From NCBI GenBank assembly GCA_944392565.1, contig CALXWX010000001.1, positions 1,444 through 65,443 on the forward strand: DNA of 64,000 nt. The letters are read 5' to 3'. Of this stretch, positions 37,261-47,506 are shown piece by piece. How positions within the stretch are numbered: the first letter of the stretch is position 1; each line of letters begins with the position of its first letter. Below the pieces are notes generated by a model. It was given only the letters and a program-made list of their open reading frames with translations, was not told where the DNA came from and did no database searches. A program made the translations under genes and the position numbers. Source of the stretch: an uncultured Alphaproteobacteria bacterium (GTDB lineage: Bacteria; Pseudomonadota; Alphaproteobacteria; Rs-D84).

Positions 37261-38355
37261 ATGCAAACACTAGAAAACCTGGAACGGAAATTTTTATCGA
37301 TTATACCAATAAAACCATTTGAATTGGGTGATGTGCGTGCAACCACAGACTCAGATAAACAACTGACAGTCGAACAGGCAAAGCAAGACATTGCAGTATT
37401 GGTACAGATGTTGATAAACACGTATGGGGGCTGGCCTTTTTATCCGAAATTATTGCGGTTGCGCATATTGAATAAACTGAACAGAATCTATGACAAAATC
37501 ACACAACCAATAACCGCATCTGAATTGTTTGCGCAATTAAAACCAATAATTGAAATTATGCCGGATAATCATCTGTGGATTAAACTGGGTGATAATTTGG
37601 CAAAATATCCACGCAAACCACGAATTGATGTTGGCACAAATTTAGCTATAACGCATGGTGGTGGCAAAAAATATTGGATTGATAAAATCGGCAGCATTGG
37701 TGTGATTGCTTTTTCAAAATGCTTTGCACCAGACGACAAAGAAAACATGGAACAGTTCCGCAATCGCATTCGTGATGTTATGGCTGGCACACGCGCAATA
37801 ATCATAGATTTGCGTGATAATGGTGGTGGCAGTCCGCTGATTATGTCAATGATTTGCGATGAAATTATGGGGCCGGTTGGCATTCCGCGCACAAAGCGTA
37901 TGTGGTCGCGCACCACACCCCAGGCACAAGAATTATACCAATATTCCACACTGTCGCGCGACCATATAGACAAAACAGTTGACCCAACAATTGTGGCAGA
38001 TAACACCAAATTCAAATTGCCAACCGATTACAAACCGTTGTATGACCGCCCAATTTATATTTTACAAAATAACAAAACCGCATCATCGGCGGAACACTTG
38101 CAGGCGCAATTACGATATCATCCACAAATGCAAATCGTTGGCTCAAACTCATCGGGGTGTATGCAATATACCAACTATCAAACATTGAAATTGGAGCATT
38201 CTGGTATTCTGATTCAATTAGCCAGTGTATATGCCGAATTCTTTGGAATAAAACACTTTGAAACGCACGGGTTTACCCCCGACATCAAATGCCCAGACGG
38301 CACCGATCCATTTGCCGTTGCAATGGCCCAGATTGACACAAAGGAAAGACAATGA
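37261..38355 (+). CDS. S41 (C-terminal processing peptidase)-like protein; no signal peptide
   Basis: IIDLRDNGGG and NNKTASSAEHL resemble the S41 LRxNxGG and G(S/T)ASA(S)E motifs. It is a paralog of the next gene. Confidence 0.6.
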   Translation: MQTLENLERKFLSIIPIKPFELGDVRATTDSDKQLTVEQAKQDIAVLVQMLINTYGGWPFYPKLLRLRILNKLNRIYDKITQPITASELFAQLKPIIEIMPDNHLWIKLGDNLAKYPRKPRIDVGTNLAITHGGGKKYWIDKIGSIGVIAFSKCFAPDDKENMEQFRNRIRDVMAGTRAIIIDLRDNGGGSPLIMSMICDEIMGPVGIPRTKRMWSRTTPQAQELYQYSTLSRDHIDKTVDPTIVADNTKFKLPTDYKPLYDRPIYILQNNKTASSAEHLQAQLRYHPQMQIVGSNSSGCMQYTNYQTLKLEHSGILIQLASVYAEFFGIKHFETHGFTPDIKCPDGTDPFAVAMAQIDTKERQ

Positions 38356-39506
38356 CCAAGATACCAACGATCAGTGAAATGGAAGAATTATTACTGCGTG
38401 ATTCCAAAACGGCAGATTTGGTTGATGGACGTAGTGCCAAATCAAAATCACCAGACACAAAATTGACCGCAGACCAAGTTCGACATGAAGTATCAGTCTT
38501 TGCGCGAGTGTTAATAAATATATATTGTGGTTGGCCTTTTCATAATGAGGTGCTGAAACGCAAAATCTTGAAGACGTTGGTTGATATTCACAAAAATGCA
38601 CACGATATGACGGCGGCAGAACTGCTGAAGCGGCTGCGCCCTGCGATTGAGATAATACCAGACAATCACATTAAACTGCGAATGATGGGGTATGGCATGG
38701 GGGTGCGTACGGCCCTGCGCAAGCCAAGACCAAATGTCGGAACAAATATTGCAGGTAATAAAAAATTTCATACCACACAACATGGCAACATTGGAATTAT
38801 TGCGGTTCCAACGCTATCAGGCTGGACAGACGATGAACGGAAAATGTTTGAGAAACAGTGGCGCACAATTCTGCCACAGTCAGAAATACTTATCATTGAC
38901 CTGCGCGACAATGGTGGTGGCAACAACAAACCATTGTCCGACATGGCAGATTATATTTTAGGCGATGAAAACTTCCCATTTGCACGCAGACAATATATTC
39001 GCAACAACCCAGATGCCAATGCTGTCAAAAAAATATACGAACATGTAAACGGCACCAAGTTCAATATTAAATCAACGACAGATCCCATTATTTACGAAGA
39101 CAACAGCAACAGTGATACATTACCAAAATTTGATGCAACACGTGCAGGTTTTAATGGGCCAATTTATATCCTGATAGACGGTGGTGTAATGTCATCAGGG
39201 GAACTGATATGCACCCTGTTGCACAACCACCCAAAGGCAAAGTTTGTTGGAACAAACACACGTGGTGGCGAAGTGTATGGCTATAACTATGCGTACATAT
39301 TATTACCACATTCACACATGCAGTTTAATGTCGGCTGTGTATATCGTGAATTATTTACAGAAAATTTCGAACTGAACGGTTATACACCCGACATCAAATG
39401 CCTTGATGGCACCGATGCATTTGCCGTTGCAATGACCGAGATTGAAAAAAGCCAAGACATTACAATCGCAGACACCCGAAAGATAAAGGATAAAGCATGC
39501 AGATAA
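38352..39506 (+). CDS. S41-like peptidase paralog
   Basis: IIDLRDNGGG is present with DGGVMSSGE. It is colinear with 37261-38355, sharing GWPF...DIKCxDGTDxFAVAM. Confidence 0.6.
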   Translation: MTKIPTISEMEELLLRDSKTADLVDGRSAKSKSPDTKLTADQVRHEVSVFARVLINIYCGWPFHNEVLKRKILKTLVDIHKNAHDMTAAELLKRLRPAIEIIPDNHIKLRMMGYGMGVRTALRKPRPNVGTNIAGNKKFHTTQHGNIGIIAVPTLSGWTDDERKMFEKQWRTILPQSEILIIDLRDNGGGNNKPLSDMADYILGDENFPFARRQYIRNNPDANAVKKIYEHVNGTKFNIKSTTDPIIYEDNSNSDTLPKFDATRAGFNGPIYILIDGGVMSSGELICTLLHNHPKAKFVGTNTRGGEVYGYNYAYILLPHSHMQFNVGCVYRELFTENFELNGYTPDIKCLDGTDAFAVAMTEIEKSQDITIADTRKIKDKACR

Positions 39507-40207
39507 AGTTAGAACATCTTGATGCAGAAAGTGCATGGCAACGCATTATTCGCGCCCACGAAAGATATCATACAAACCTTAAAAACTATAAATATAGTTA
39601 CGAGATGTTCATCCCTAACGATGACAGAATGCGCGAAATGTTTGAGCAGCCAAAACTGACCGAACAACAGATCCAGCACTATCACGATATTTTTGTTAAG
39701 GAAATATACAAACTGTCAGATTTAACGCACAAAGATGCTGATATAAACAGCGCAATACAGAGATTCCAAAACAGAATTAAAACACTTATTGCACCATTAT
39801 TGCCAGCATGGAATGCAACAATGCCAGAAACATTAAGCATCAAATGCACATATGGATACGGTGGCGGATACTCATCAGGCAGGAACGCAACCATTCTGTT
39901 CCGCATGAGTCGCGACAAGCGAAATGATTATGGTATATACCTGTTACTGATGCATGAATTTGTACACATCTTGATAGAAGAACAGATTATAGGCAAGTAT
40001 AATGTTCCACAAGACCTGAAAGAACGCATTGTTGATATTATCGGTCTGGAATTGTTTAACAAGCCAATCCAACAAATGTATGAGAATTCATTTGCTAATT
40101 CATATATCACACCAGCGGTTATTCGCACAGACCTGGAATCTGCAGTTAAAAAAATGATGACGGACTATACAGCACTAAAACAAGCCCAAGTCACAAAGGA
40201 CAGATAA
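39497..40207 (+). CDS. Hypothetical protein with an HExxH motif (LLMHEFVHIL), putative zinc metallopeptidase
   Basis: Motif only. Confidence 0.4.
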   Translation: MQIKLEHLDAESAWQRIIRAHERYHTNLKNYKYSYEMFIPNDDRMREMFEQPKLTEQQIQHYHDIFVKEIYKLSDLTHKDADINSAIQRFQNRIKTLIAPLLPAWNATMPETLSIKCTYGYGGGYSSGRNATILFRMSRDKRNDYGIYLLLMHEFVHILIEEQIIGKYNVPQDLKERIVDIIGLELFNKPIQQMYENSFANSYITPAVIRTDLESAVKKMMTDYTALKQAQVTKDR

Positions 40208-40758
40208 TGAAAACAGAACAGTTCGAAAACGCAATAAACGACATACATAGCCGAGTAAAGGAACTGGTTATGAATCAGTTGCCAACACTGGATGGTATTA
40301 TGCAGGTCGATAAAATGTCGCCAGAAGACCGAGTTTTCTATGAGGCATACAAAAAATACGGCAACAGAAATCACACTTGGCAAGATTTCAAAGCAATGTT
40401 TAATGGCGATATTGCAACCATGCAGAAAACAGTAAAACATTGGAGGACATGGGACGAAATAAATGATGCATTATCACAAGCATACAATTTAATACCAGAA
40501 ATAAAAAGGTTAATAGACAAGTATAAGTTAGAAACTATCGATGTAACAAAGCCAGAAGAATTTGAACAATATCCAGATTTAGTGGCAGTGTGTGAAGAAT
40601 ATCGCAAAGTGTACAATAGCACACATCAAAATTATTCTACATTTAATCCGCAGGTTGCAAAATTAGAACAAGAATTCGAGAAAAAAGCAAAAACGATAGA
40701 TAAAAACGACAAAAAAGCCAAGATAGATTTAGTTGTAGAATATATAAAAAAAATTTGA
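40207..40758 (+). CDS. Hypothetical protein
   Basis: A 183-aa ORF, translationally coupled (ATAATGA). Confidence 0.4.
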   Translation: MKTEQFENAINDIHSRVKELVMNQLPTLDGIMQVDKMSPEDRVFYEAYKKYGNRNHTWQDFKAMFNGDIATMQKTVKHWRTWDEINDALSQAYNLIPEIKRLIDKYKLETIDVTKPEEFEQYPDLVAVCEEYRKVYNSTHQNYSTFNPQVAKLEQEFEKKAKTIDKNDKKAKIDLVVEYIKKI

Positions 40759-40771
40759 TGAATACATTGAT

Positions 40772-41314
40772 TTGACCAATGGCAATTTTGTTATTGGCGA
40801 ACGCATAGAATTGTATCGTAAAATTATATTACAAGACCAACAAATATTAGAACAGGCAAAAAATTTTGATAATTTATCCGCCGTACAAAAAATTGATTTA
40901 GCCCGTATGATATTAAACAAAAGCGCAGAAATTACCGGTACGCCAACAGGCAAAGTGACTCAAGATGACGCCATACTTGGACCACACGCACTGAAAGGGA
41001 ACCAAACCGCAGGATACGCACACAAAGAGAAAGAATTTTTATTCAGAGCAGAAATTCTTGAACGTTATCCTCTGGCACTTTTTCTAAAAGATTTAGCACA
41101 CGAAGATGCACACAGAATAGACTACTATAATGCAGAATACGGAATGATTGGCACACAACTTATGAAATTTGTGGAAGACAATTATCTGAATGATAATGAA
41201 ATAGGTGTTGAATTATACAAGAAATTTGCCACAGAACAAAGTTCGTACTATATGCACGACACAGTTGCAGCCGCTTTACGTTACAATATAAAATATGACA
41301 CAAAGGATATATAA
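40772..41314 (+). CDS. Hypothetical protein with an HExxH motif (LAHEDAHRIDYYNAEYG)
   Basis: Motif only. The HExxH followed by a YG spacing is shared with 46588-47436. Confidence 0.4.
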   Translation: MTNGNFVIGERIELYRKIILQDQQILEQAKNFDNLSAVQKIDLARMILNKSAEITGTPTGKVTQDDAILGPHALKGNQTAGYAHKEKEFLFRAEILERYPLALFLKDLAHEDAHRIDYYNAEYGMIGTQLMKFVEDNYLNDNEIGVELYKKFATEQSSYYMHDTVAAALRYNIKYDTKDI

Positions 41315-41784
41315 TGTCGCGAATTCATGTCATTGGTGCGCCAGGGTCTGGTAAAACAACATACGCGCGGCGGTTGGCGGCCGCACGCAATTTACCCCTG
41401 TGCCATTTAGATGAGATTTTTCATGACAATTCTGGCACCACTCCACGCAAACGCACCGAATCCGAACGCACAGAAATGGCGGCTGAATTTGCCCAGGGCA
41501 AAGACTGGATATCCGAGGGCGCATCATTTTCCGACTGGGTAAATCCAATCTTAAAACGTGCAACCGAAATACACATTGTATCCCCATCACGCACGATACG
41601 CGTTTGGCGACAGATTAAACGGTATATCCGCCGGAAATTTGGTATCGAGCAGACAACATACCGCGAAACATTACGCGGTCTGTGGGGCGGAATAAAATGG
41701 ACATGGAACTATGACAGTGATACATTACCAGTAATATTAAAGAAAATCCCAAAACGCACCAAAATCAAAAAGGTAAAGGCATAG
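41314..41784 (+). CDS. P-loop kinase of the FlaR/topology-modulation (adenylate-kinase-like) family
   Basis: MSRIHVIGAPGSGKTTYARRLA...LCHLDEIF matches the FlaR-like family pattern. Confidence 0.6.
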   Translation: MSRIHVIGAPGSGKTTYARRLAAARNLPLCHLDEIFHDNSGTTPRKRTESERTEMAAEFAQGKDWISEGASFSDWVNPILKRATEIHIVSPSRTIRVWRQIKRYIRRKFGIEQTTYRETLRGLWGGIKWTWNYDSDTLPVILKKIPKRTKIKKVKA

Positions 41785-41786
41785 AT

Positions 41787-42596
41787 ATGAAATACGTACC
41801 AGATATGAATTTATTGCGTTCTTATTCTGATGTTACAGATCGCCTGCCGGCACCGACACTGGCAGTGTTTGAATTTGACAATAAAAAACTGATTTACTGT
41901 GGCACCAAACATTCCGCAGACGTGTCATTTCAACTGATTGATAAATGTTTTAATGACTATGACATAGATTGCGTAGTAACCGAAGTACACAGAAACGCAG
42001 AACCTGTCAAAATCCAAACACATACACGCAGCCGCAATGAATTGACATATTCTGCACGACTGGGGTACAAGCGTGATATTCCAGTCATACTGGCCGATCC
42101 CAGCAAGTACGATTGGTTCACAGATTTATTAAAGGTTGATAGCAATTACCTAAAACCATTACAGGTGTTTTTCATGCTGGACGATGCGTACACATACAAA
42201 CAACACTTCAAAGAAAACTATTCAATTGAACGCGCGCTGAAAAATACAATTCACAAATACTGGGACGACACACTGCCCCCACCAATGACCCGGGAAGAAT
42301 TTCAAGAATACTTTCTGGAACAATTCGGCATTGAAATCACCGATGATAACATCAGTGATATTTACATCACACACCCTGAATGGCACTGCCCAGACAACAA
42401 TGGCAGTCTGTTGAATAAAATGTGGTCAGATATTGGCATGATTTCACGCGACCCATATATGGTAAAATGCATTTTTGATGCAGTAAATTCACACGATTGC
42501 GTTCTGGCAACATTTGGCGCAGGCCACCTGAACAAGCAAATACGGATTCTGGAACAGGCATTCGGCAAACCAACATTTGTAGATATAAAGGCATAG
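41787..42596 (+). CDS. Hypothetical protein
   Basis: A 269-aa ORF. No family was recognised. Confidence 0.4.
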   Translation: MKYVPDMNLLRSYSDVTDRLPAPTLAVFEFDNKKLIYCGTKHSADVSFQLIDKCFNDYDIDCVVTEVHRNAEPVKIQTHTRSRNELTYSARLGYKRDIPVILADPSKYDWFTDLLKVDSNYLKPLQVFFMLDDAYTYKQHFKENYSIERALKNTIHKYWDDTLPPPMTREEFQEYFLEQFGIEITDDNISDIYITHPEWHCPDNNGSLLNKMWSDIGMISRDPYMVKCIFDAVNSHDCVLATFGAGHLNKQIRILEQAFGKPTFVDIKA

Positions 42597-42598
42597 AC

Positions 42599-43135
42599 AT
42601 GACAGACAAACCAAAAACACTTTATCATGGCTCGCAAAGCGAAATCACAGATGGCTTCATCAGGATGCGACCTGGACACATCAACGGCATGCAGACACCG
42701 ATAACTGCCGCATTCGCAACCCCCAGTTATAGACATGCACGACTGTATGCGGCCATGCGAATAATTTCTAATGGTTGAAAATGGCCCAAGGGGATAGATA
42801 CACTGTATGTAGAGCGCATAAGCCCAAATATTAGCAACTCCAAGGCGTATGTATATGAAGTTTCATCGGACGGCTTTATCCCAGATGGCGATGATTATTA
42901 TTGTCTGAACGATGTGCCAATCTTGAAAACCTATGAAATTGACGTTATGCAGGAAATCAGAAACGAAAATATTAAAGTATATGTCCTGCAAGATAAGGTA
43001 AATTTTGATGACCTGACAGAAGAGGAAGGTCTGGCTTTATGGCGCAAAACATGCAAAACAGGCAACTTCAAACGCTATCTTCCAGAAGAATCAAATCAAA
43101 TTACGACATTTCTTAACAATGGTATGGATAGATAA
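42599..43135 (+). pseudogene. Paralog of 43150-43755 interrupted by an in-frame TGA at 42776-42778
   Basis: Track ORFs 42497-42778 and 42914-43135 are in the same frame. Manual translation across the gap is continuous (…IISNG*KWPKGIDTLYVERISPN…). Both halves align to the downstream paralog (TLYHGSQSEITDGF versus TFYHGSATKIDGDF; YVERISPNI versus FFERISDSI; KVYVL versus EIYVL). Confidence 0.6.
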
Positions 43136-43149
43136 AACAGGGATTGAGC

Positions 43150-43755
43150 ATGAAAAAGAATACTTTTGAACAAGCCACACAACAGATAGAATCACGCACG
43201 TTTTATCATGGTTCTGCAACAAAAATAGATGGCGACTTTTTAGAACCCAAAGAACAATTTAACAGTGTTCAAAACAAACGTGTCGTCGGCGCATTTGTTA
43301 CATCAGATGCAGATTATGCAAAATTTTTTGCCTTGGTAAAATGCATATCGGGGCGCGGTCAATGTAAATTACATGGTAAAAAAATATTTTTTGAGAGAAT
43401 ATCCGACAGTATAAAGCCAGAATTCAATTTGTATACAGTTGTCGAAAAACCAGGCGAAAAATTTATTCACGACAAAGGCACAGAATATTATTCACCCACA
43501 CCAATCAAGATATCTAAAAGGCAAACATGTAATACGGTTGAAGAAATAGAAAAGTTGGGGTATGAAATATACGTGCTGAACGAACCGTTAAAAAATAAAA
43601 CAAGCAAACAAGCCAGTGACAATTCACGCGTTCACTCTGAAATGCACCAGGCAATTGAAAACGGCGCATATCATCGCGTAGATATTGCAAATTTAATTAG
43701 ACAGCAAAAATCAAAAAGTATATTCCACAAACTATTTAATTGGCAAAAAGATTAG
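43150..43755 (+). CDS. Hypothetical protein (intact paralog of the pseudogene)
   Basis: ATG 43150; the ORF track start is TTG. Confidence 0.45.
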   Translation: MKKNTFEQATQQIESRTFYHGSATKIDGDFLEPKEQFNSVQNKRVVGAFVTSDADYAKFFALVKCISGRGQCKLHGKKIFFERISDSIKPEFNLYTVVEKPGEKFIHDKGTEYYSPTPIKISKRQTCNTVEEIEKLGYEIYVLNEPLKNKTSKQASDNSRVHSEMHQAIENGAYHRVDIANLIRQQKSKSIFHKLFNWQKD

Positions 43756-43781
43756 GTACAAACAGACAAAAAGGTACAAAT

Positions 43782-44297
43782 ATGAATGTAAAAATCAGAA
43801 ATGCAGTGCCAGACGATGCGGCCGCAATCCAAAAAATTATTGCAGCCGGATACCGCCGGTCTTTTGCCGGTCTGCACAGTCCAGAATACTTGGAACAGAA
43901 GATTCAGGAATACCTTAGTCCAGCCAGAATTGAAAAAATGGCAAACATAATCCGCAATGAAAATTCTGTAAATATCGTTGCAGAAAACGCGGATGGCGAT
44001 GTTGTTGGCTCAGTCGGCGGTATGAGGGACGAAAACAACAACTGGGAACTGATTGCATTATATGTAGATGAAAATGTAATTGGCGACACCAAATTTGCAT
44101 TATCACTGGTTCAAGAATTTGCCAAACGCATCAAAGATGCCGGTGCAACAACATTTACAACCGGCACCCTGACCGGCAGTCGTGTTTGCCGGCTGTACGA
44201 ATTACTGGGCGGTAAAAAGATAAAAGAATACATCAACGAAAAGCGCGACAATGTATCAGAAACAGTCTTTGAGTTTAACCTGAACCGATTTATTTAA
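43782..44297 (+). CDS. GNAT family N-acetyltransferase
   Basis: The pattern MNVKIRNAVPDDAAAIQKI...ELIALYVDEN...GxG is GNAT-like. The Shine-Dalgarno sequence is aaaagg. Confidence 0.6.
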   Translation: MNVKIRNAVPDDAAAIQKIIAAGYRRSFAGLHSPEYLEQKIQEYLSPARIEKMANIIRNENSVNIVAENADGDVVGSVGGMRDENNNWELIALYVDENVIGDTKFALSLVQEFAKRIKDAGATTFTTGTLTGSRVCRLYELLGGKKIKEYINEKRDNVSETVFEFNLNRFI

Positions 44298-44317
44298 CAT
44301 ACACTACGGAGAAAGAA

Positions 44318-44620
44318 ATGAAATACACCAAAGGCGGAAACTTTACCACCCAAGAAATGAGCATGCTGGAAACTCTGCAAGAACTGGAAGATGTGGTTCA
44401 TATTGCAAAAACAATGTGTCGTGGCATTCATAAAGACGGCGGCATGCCAGATTCCGCACGTGGCGATGCAAAATACGCCCACACAAACCTGGACGAGGCA
44501 GAAGAATATATATCTTTCCTGCGCAAGAAAATAAAAATTGCGTTGGAACACGTGCCAGAAAACATACAAAAAAAAAGAACAGCTATAAAATACTGCCCAA
44601 TCGGGCGGTTATTATTTTGA
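44318..44620 (+). CDS. Hypothetical protein (100 aa)
   Basis: The Shine-Dalgarno sequence acggagaaaga precedes an ATG. Confidence 0.4.
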   Translation: MKYTKGGNFTTQEMSMLETLQELEDVVHIAKTMCRGIHKDGGMPDSARGDAKYAHTNLDEAEEYISFLRKKIKIALEHVPENIQKKRTAIKYCPIGRLLF

Positions 44621-45385
44621 ATGCGATTGCAGTGCAATGTTTTGATAATTGCTTTCGTACAATTTGCGCGCGGCATCGGATTTTAAGACCTCTAAGGCAC
44701 GCGGTTTCAGTTTTAATTGTTCCGCGCATTTCACACCACGCGACCGGGCGGCACGCATCAATTTGCCCATAATTTTCAATTCCAATTTATAGTATTCTGC
44801 ATTATCTGGCATGTCTGGAATATCTGTCAGCAACAACAAAATTAAATCACCAATGTTACGGATGTTTTTAACCGGGCGCAGGTCAATAATATGAAACCGC
44901 CCAGCCCCAGCATCAAACAGCATATTGCCTTCGGATGGATCAATTGTGAAATTGGTCGTGGCCAGGTGGTTCAAATCATCAACCAGTTTGTTATACGCAC
45001 TTTGTGGCGCAGATGCCATTATGTGCATCTTTTCAATCGCCACAGATACCGCATTGGCCCGTTGTTGGGCGGTCAATGGTTCTTCGACCAAATCATTTGT
45101 TGGGATGCCATCAACCTTTTTACAGACAGACAACACCACAGTCCCGGACATTGGGTCTGTTAGATTATACAATGGCTGGCCAAAATTGCGGCGACCGTGT
45201 ACATTGTCGGCACGCATATACCGATATGCACCGGATGACAACCTGTCCCGAAACGCTTTATCAATCTTGACAGTATGCGGCACACGCACAACATAACGAC
45301 CGGCATCGTATGTGGTGGCCTCGGTCCCCGAACCAATCGGTTTTTGTGAAATTGCGGACAAGATTTCCGAAATATTCAATCGCAT
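44612..45385 (-). CDS. Protein-kinase-like fold protein (putative)
   Basis: The catalytic-loop-like segment IDPSEGNMLFD...GRFHIIDL resembles the HGDxxxxN...DF/L pattern of aminoglycoside/Ser-Thr kinase-like folds. This is a weak call. Confidence 0.35.
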   Translation of the reverse strand: MRLNISEILSAISQKPIGSGTEATTYDAGRYVVRVPHTVKIDKAFRDRLSSGAYRYMRADNVHGRRNFGQPLYNLTDPMSGTVVLSVCKKVDGIPTNDLVEEPLTAQQRANAVSVAIEKMHIMASAPQSAYNKLVDDLNHLATTNFTIDPSEGNMLFDAGAGRFHIIDLRPVKNIRNIGDLILLLLTDIPDMPDNAEYYKLELKIMGKLMRAARSRGVKCAEQLKLKPRALEVLKSDAARKLYESNYQNIALQSHSK

Positions 45386-45912
45386 TATTCCGCCACCTTT
45401 GAAAACATTTTCATATCACGTGGTTCGCCACGCAGAACAAAGTACTTACGCAAGACACCCTCACACTCATAACCACAACGCAGTGCAACCGCAGCCGAAC
45501 GAATATTCTGTTTATCAAGGGTCAATTGCACACGTTGTAATCCCATGTCAGCAAACCCCATTTCGGTCAGTTTATTTAATGCGCGTGTCATAATGCCACG
45601 GCCATTAAAGCCATGCGCCAGCCAATAACTGATTTCACCCATGTTGTCGTCTGTATCCACAAAGCCAATCTTGCCCACAATATCATCCGCCACCATGATA
45701 AAGTAAGCGCATTTATCATCGCCGTATGATTTTTCAATATTTGCCAGTGTTTTATCGGTTGTGGTATAACCATCAACCCATTCCAAGAATTCGCCCAGGA
45801 ATTCACGATTGGCGTTTATAACCGACAACAACCGTTCGGCATTTTGTGCCGTTGGCTCAAGTTTTACCAGCCGGAAATCACCCATATCAATAATGCGTGG
45901 AAACGAAACCAT
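45385..45912 (-). CDS. GNAT family N-acetyltransferase (RimJ/RimL-like)
   Basis: FNGRGIMTRALNKLTEMGFADMGLQRVQLTLDKQNIRSAAVALRCGYECEG matches the GNAT core. Confidence 0.65.
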   Translation of the reverse strand: MVSFPRIIDMGDFRLVKLEPTAQNAERLLSVINANREFLGEFLEWVDGYTTTDKTLANIEKSYGDDKCAYFIMVADDIVGKIGFVDTDDNMGEISYWLAHGFNGRGIMTRALNKLTEMGFADMGLQRVQLTLDKQNIRSAAVALRCGYECEGVLRKYFVLRGEPRDMKMFSKVAE

Positions 45913-46502
45913 TACTTACCCTTATATTCCGACTTCAGTTTTGTAAAGACCAACTGGTCCATAAATGTGCCATCACTTAGCATAGTTGATGCACGAATAC
46001 GACCATCCAAATGGAAACCACTGCCACTGATAGACTTTTGCGATTGTACATTATCCCCCATACATTGGCGCATAATTCTGTTTGCCCCCAATTCCTCAAA
46101 TGCCTTTTTCATTATCAAGGCCCAAATTTCTTGATTAAAACCCTGGCCCTGAGCAGACTTCACAAACCATACATTGCCAGACTGCACAGATTTATTATTA
46201 CTAAAATAAAATATTCCATGATGGCCAATCAATTTGCCGTTATGAAACACGTACCACACCGCGCCATTTGGATTGACATCACGTTCCTGCTCTTGCTGCA
46301 TTTGCTTTAATGTTTCATCCAAAGATTCCGGCAACGGTTTTTTATAGTCGGGCGTCCAATTCACATACTTAAAATCACCAGGGTTTTCATTCTGGATGGC
46401 ATCCCAAACCAACCGGGCATTTTCTGGGGTCGGTTGCAAAACACGCAATTCCAGACGTTTGGTTTTCAGATCCCGTCTAAATATTTCATAAAATTTTTCC
46501 AT
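45912..46502 (-). CDS. GNAT family N-acetyltransferase
   Basis: NVWFVKSAQGQGFNQEIWALIMKKAFEELGANRIMRQCMGDNVQSQKSISGSGFHLDG is GNAT-like. Confidence 0.6.
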   Translation of the reverse strand: MEKFYEIFRRDLKTKRLELRVLQPTPENARLVWDAIQNENPGDFKYVNWTPDYKKPLPESLDETLKQMQQEQERDVNPNGAVWYVFHNGKLIGHHGIFYFSNNKSVQSGNVWFVKSAQGQGFNQEIWALIMKKAFEELGANRIMRQCMGDNVQSQKSISGSGFHLDGRIRASTMLSDGTFMDQLVFTKLKSEYKGK

Positions 46503-46587
46503 CTACTTTTTCCTTTGATTATCCTGACAATTTTATCATAAAAATCCCATATTCCCAAATAAAAAGCCCCCAATCGGGGGGGCAATT

Positions 46588-47436
46588 TTACTTTCCCTTT
46601 TCTATCATTTGCTGCGCCATCATTTGTAGTGTCTGTCGTGTTGCATTTTCGTATTCATAACGCAACAATTTCAATTTTTGTTTTAACTTTTCAGGCACAT
46701 CATAGCCAGAACTGTACAATCCACGACCATTAAAAGTTAAATATGCACCCCCAACAGAATTAAAATTCTTGGAATACTGGGGCGACAAATTGCCTAACAA
46801 ATGTTGTTTTATTGTATCGTCATTCTGACCGGCACAAGCAAGCACTATACGGCGTTGAATCTGTTGCATGTGTTGGGCAATGTACCAATTTTTTCTGTTC
46901 AACAAATCGTCAATGCCGTACGAAACCGCCATACAAACCTCATCAAATGTTGGAACACCTGTGCCAAGATATGCGGTTGCATATGCGGAAACCTCATCAA
47001 GAGCATACAGTCCCGATATTTCATAATAGTTTTTCATGGTAAACAAAGGGTTGCCATATTTAGCATTTTCCAGATGCTTTGTTTCATGTGCAATCGTCTT
47101 TGGTTCTTCCAATCTCAATAATTCTGCAGTTTCCCGAATAACATCATCTGGCCCCAGAATTAAATCCGGTGCGATTTCATAACGGTAAACTATAACATCA
47201 TTGCTGCCATAACAAGTGTCCCCACCAATCATTGGCTGCCTTCCAGAACGATACGCATCGATATTTAAACTATTTATCGTCCTATTCACATATATAATTT
47301 TAACCTGTTTTTCGGGTTTGTTTTGTGGCGCATCAAGAACAGACGACTGATTTGTCGTCTTTGGTTTAAAAAAATTCAAGATTTTTTCTAAAGTTGCCAT
47401 AGCAACGATTATTGACAACAATACATCATTTGTCAA
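46588..47436 (-). CDS. Hypothetical protein with an HExxH motif (IAHETKHLENAKYG)
   Basis: Motif only. The start is uncertain. Confidence 0.4.
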   Translation of the reverse strand: MTNDVLLSIIVAMATLEKILNFFKPKTTNQSSVLDAPQNKPEKQVKIIYVNRTINSLNIDAYRSGRQPMIGGDTCYGSNDVIVYRYEIAPDLILGPDDVIRETAELLRLEEPKTIAHETKHLENAKYGNPLFTMKNYYEISGLYALDEVSAYATAYLGTGVPTFDEVCMAVSYGIDDLLNRKNWYIAQHMQQIQRRIVLACAGQNDDTIKQHLLGNLSPQYSKNFNSVGGAYLTFNGRGLYSSGYDVPEKLKQKLKLLRYEYENATRQTLQMMAQQMIEKGK

Positions 47437-47506
47437 TATTTATTTTTGAATTTTCCACAAAATATGGCATAATTGCTGAGACAAAATTAAAATACAGGAC
47501 AAATTT

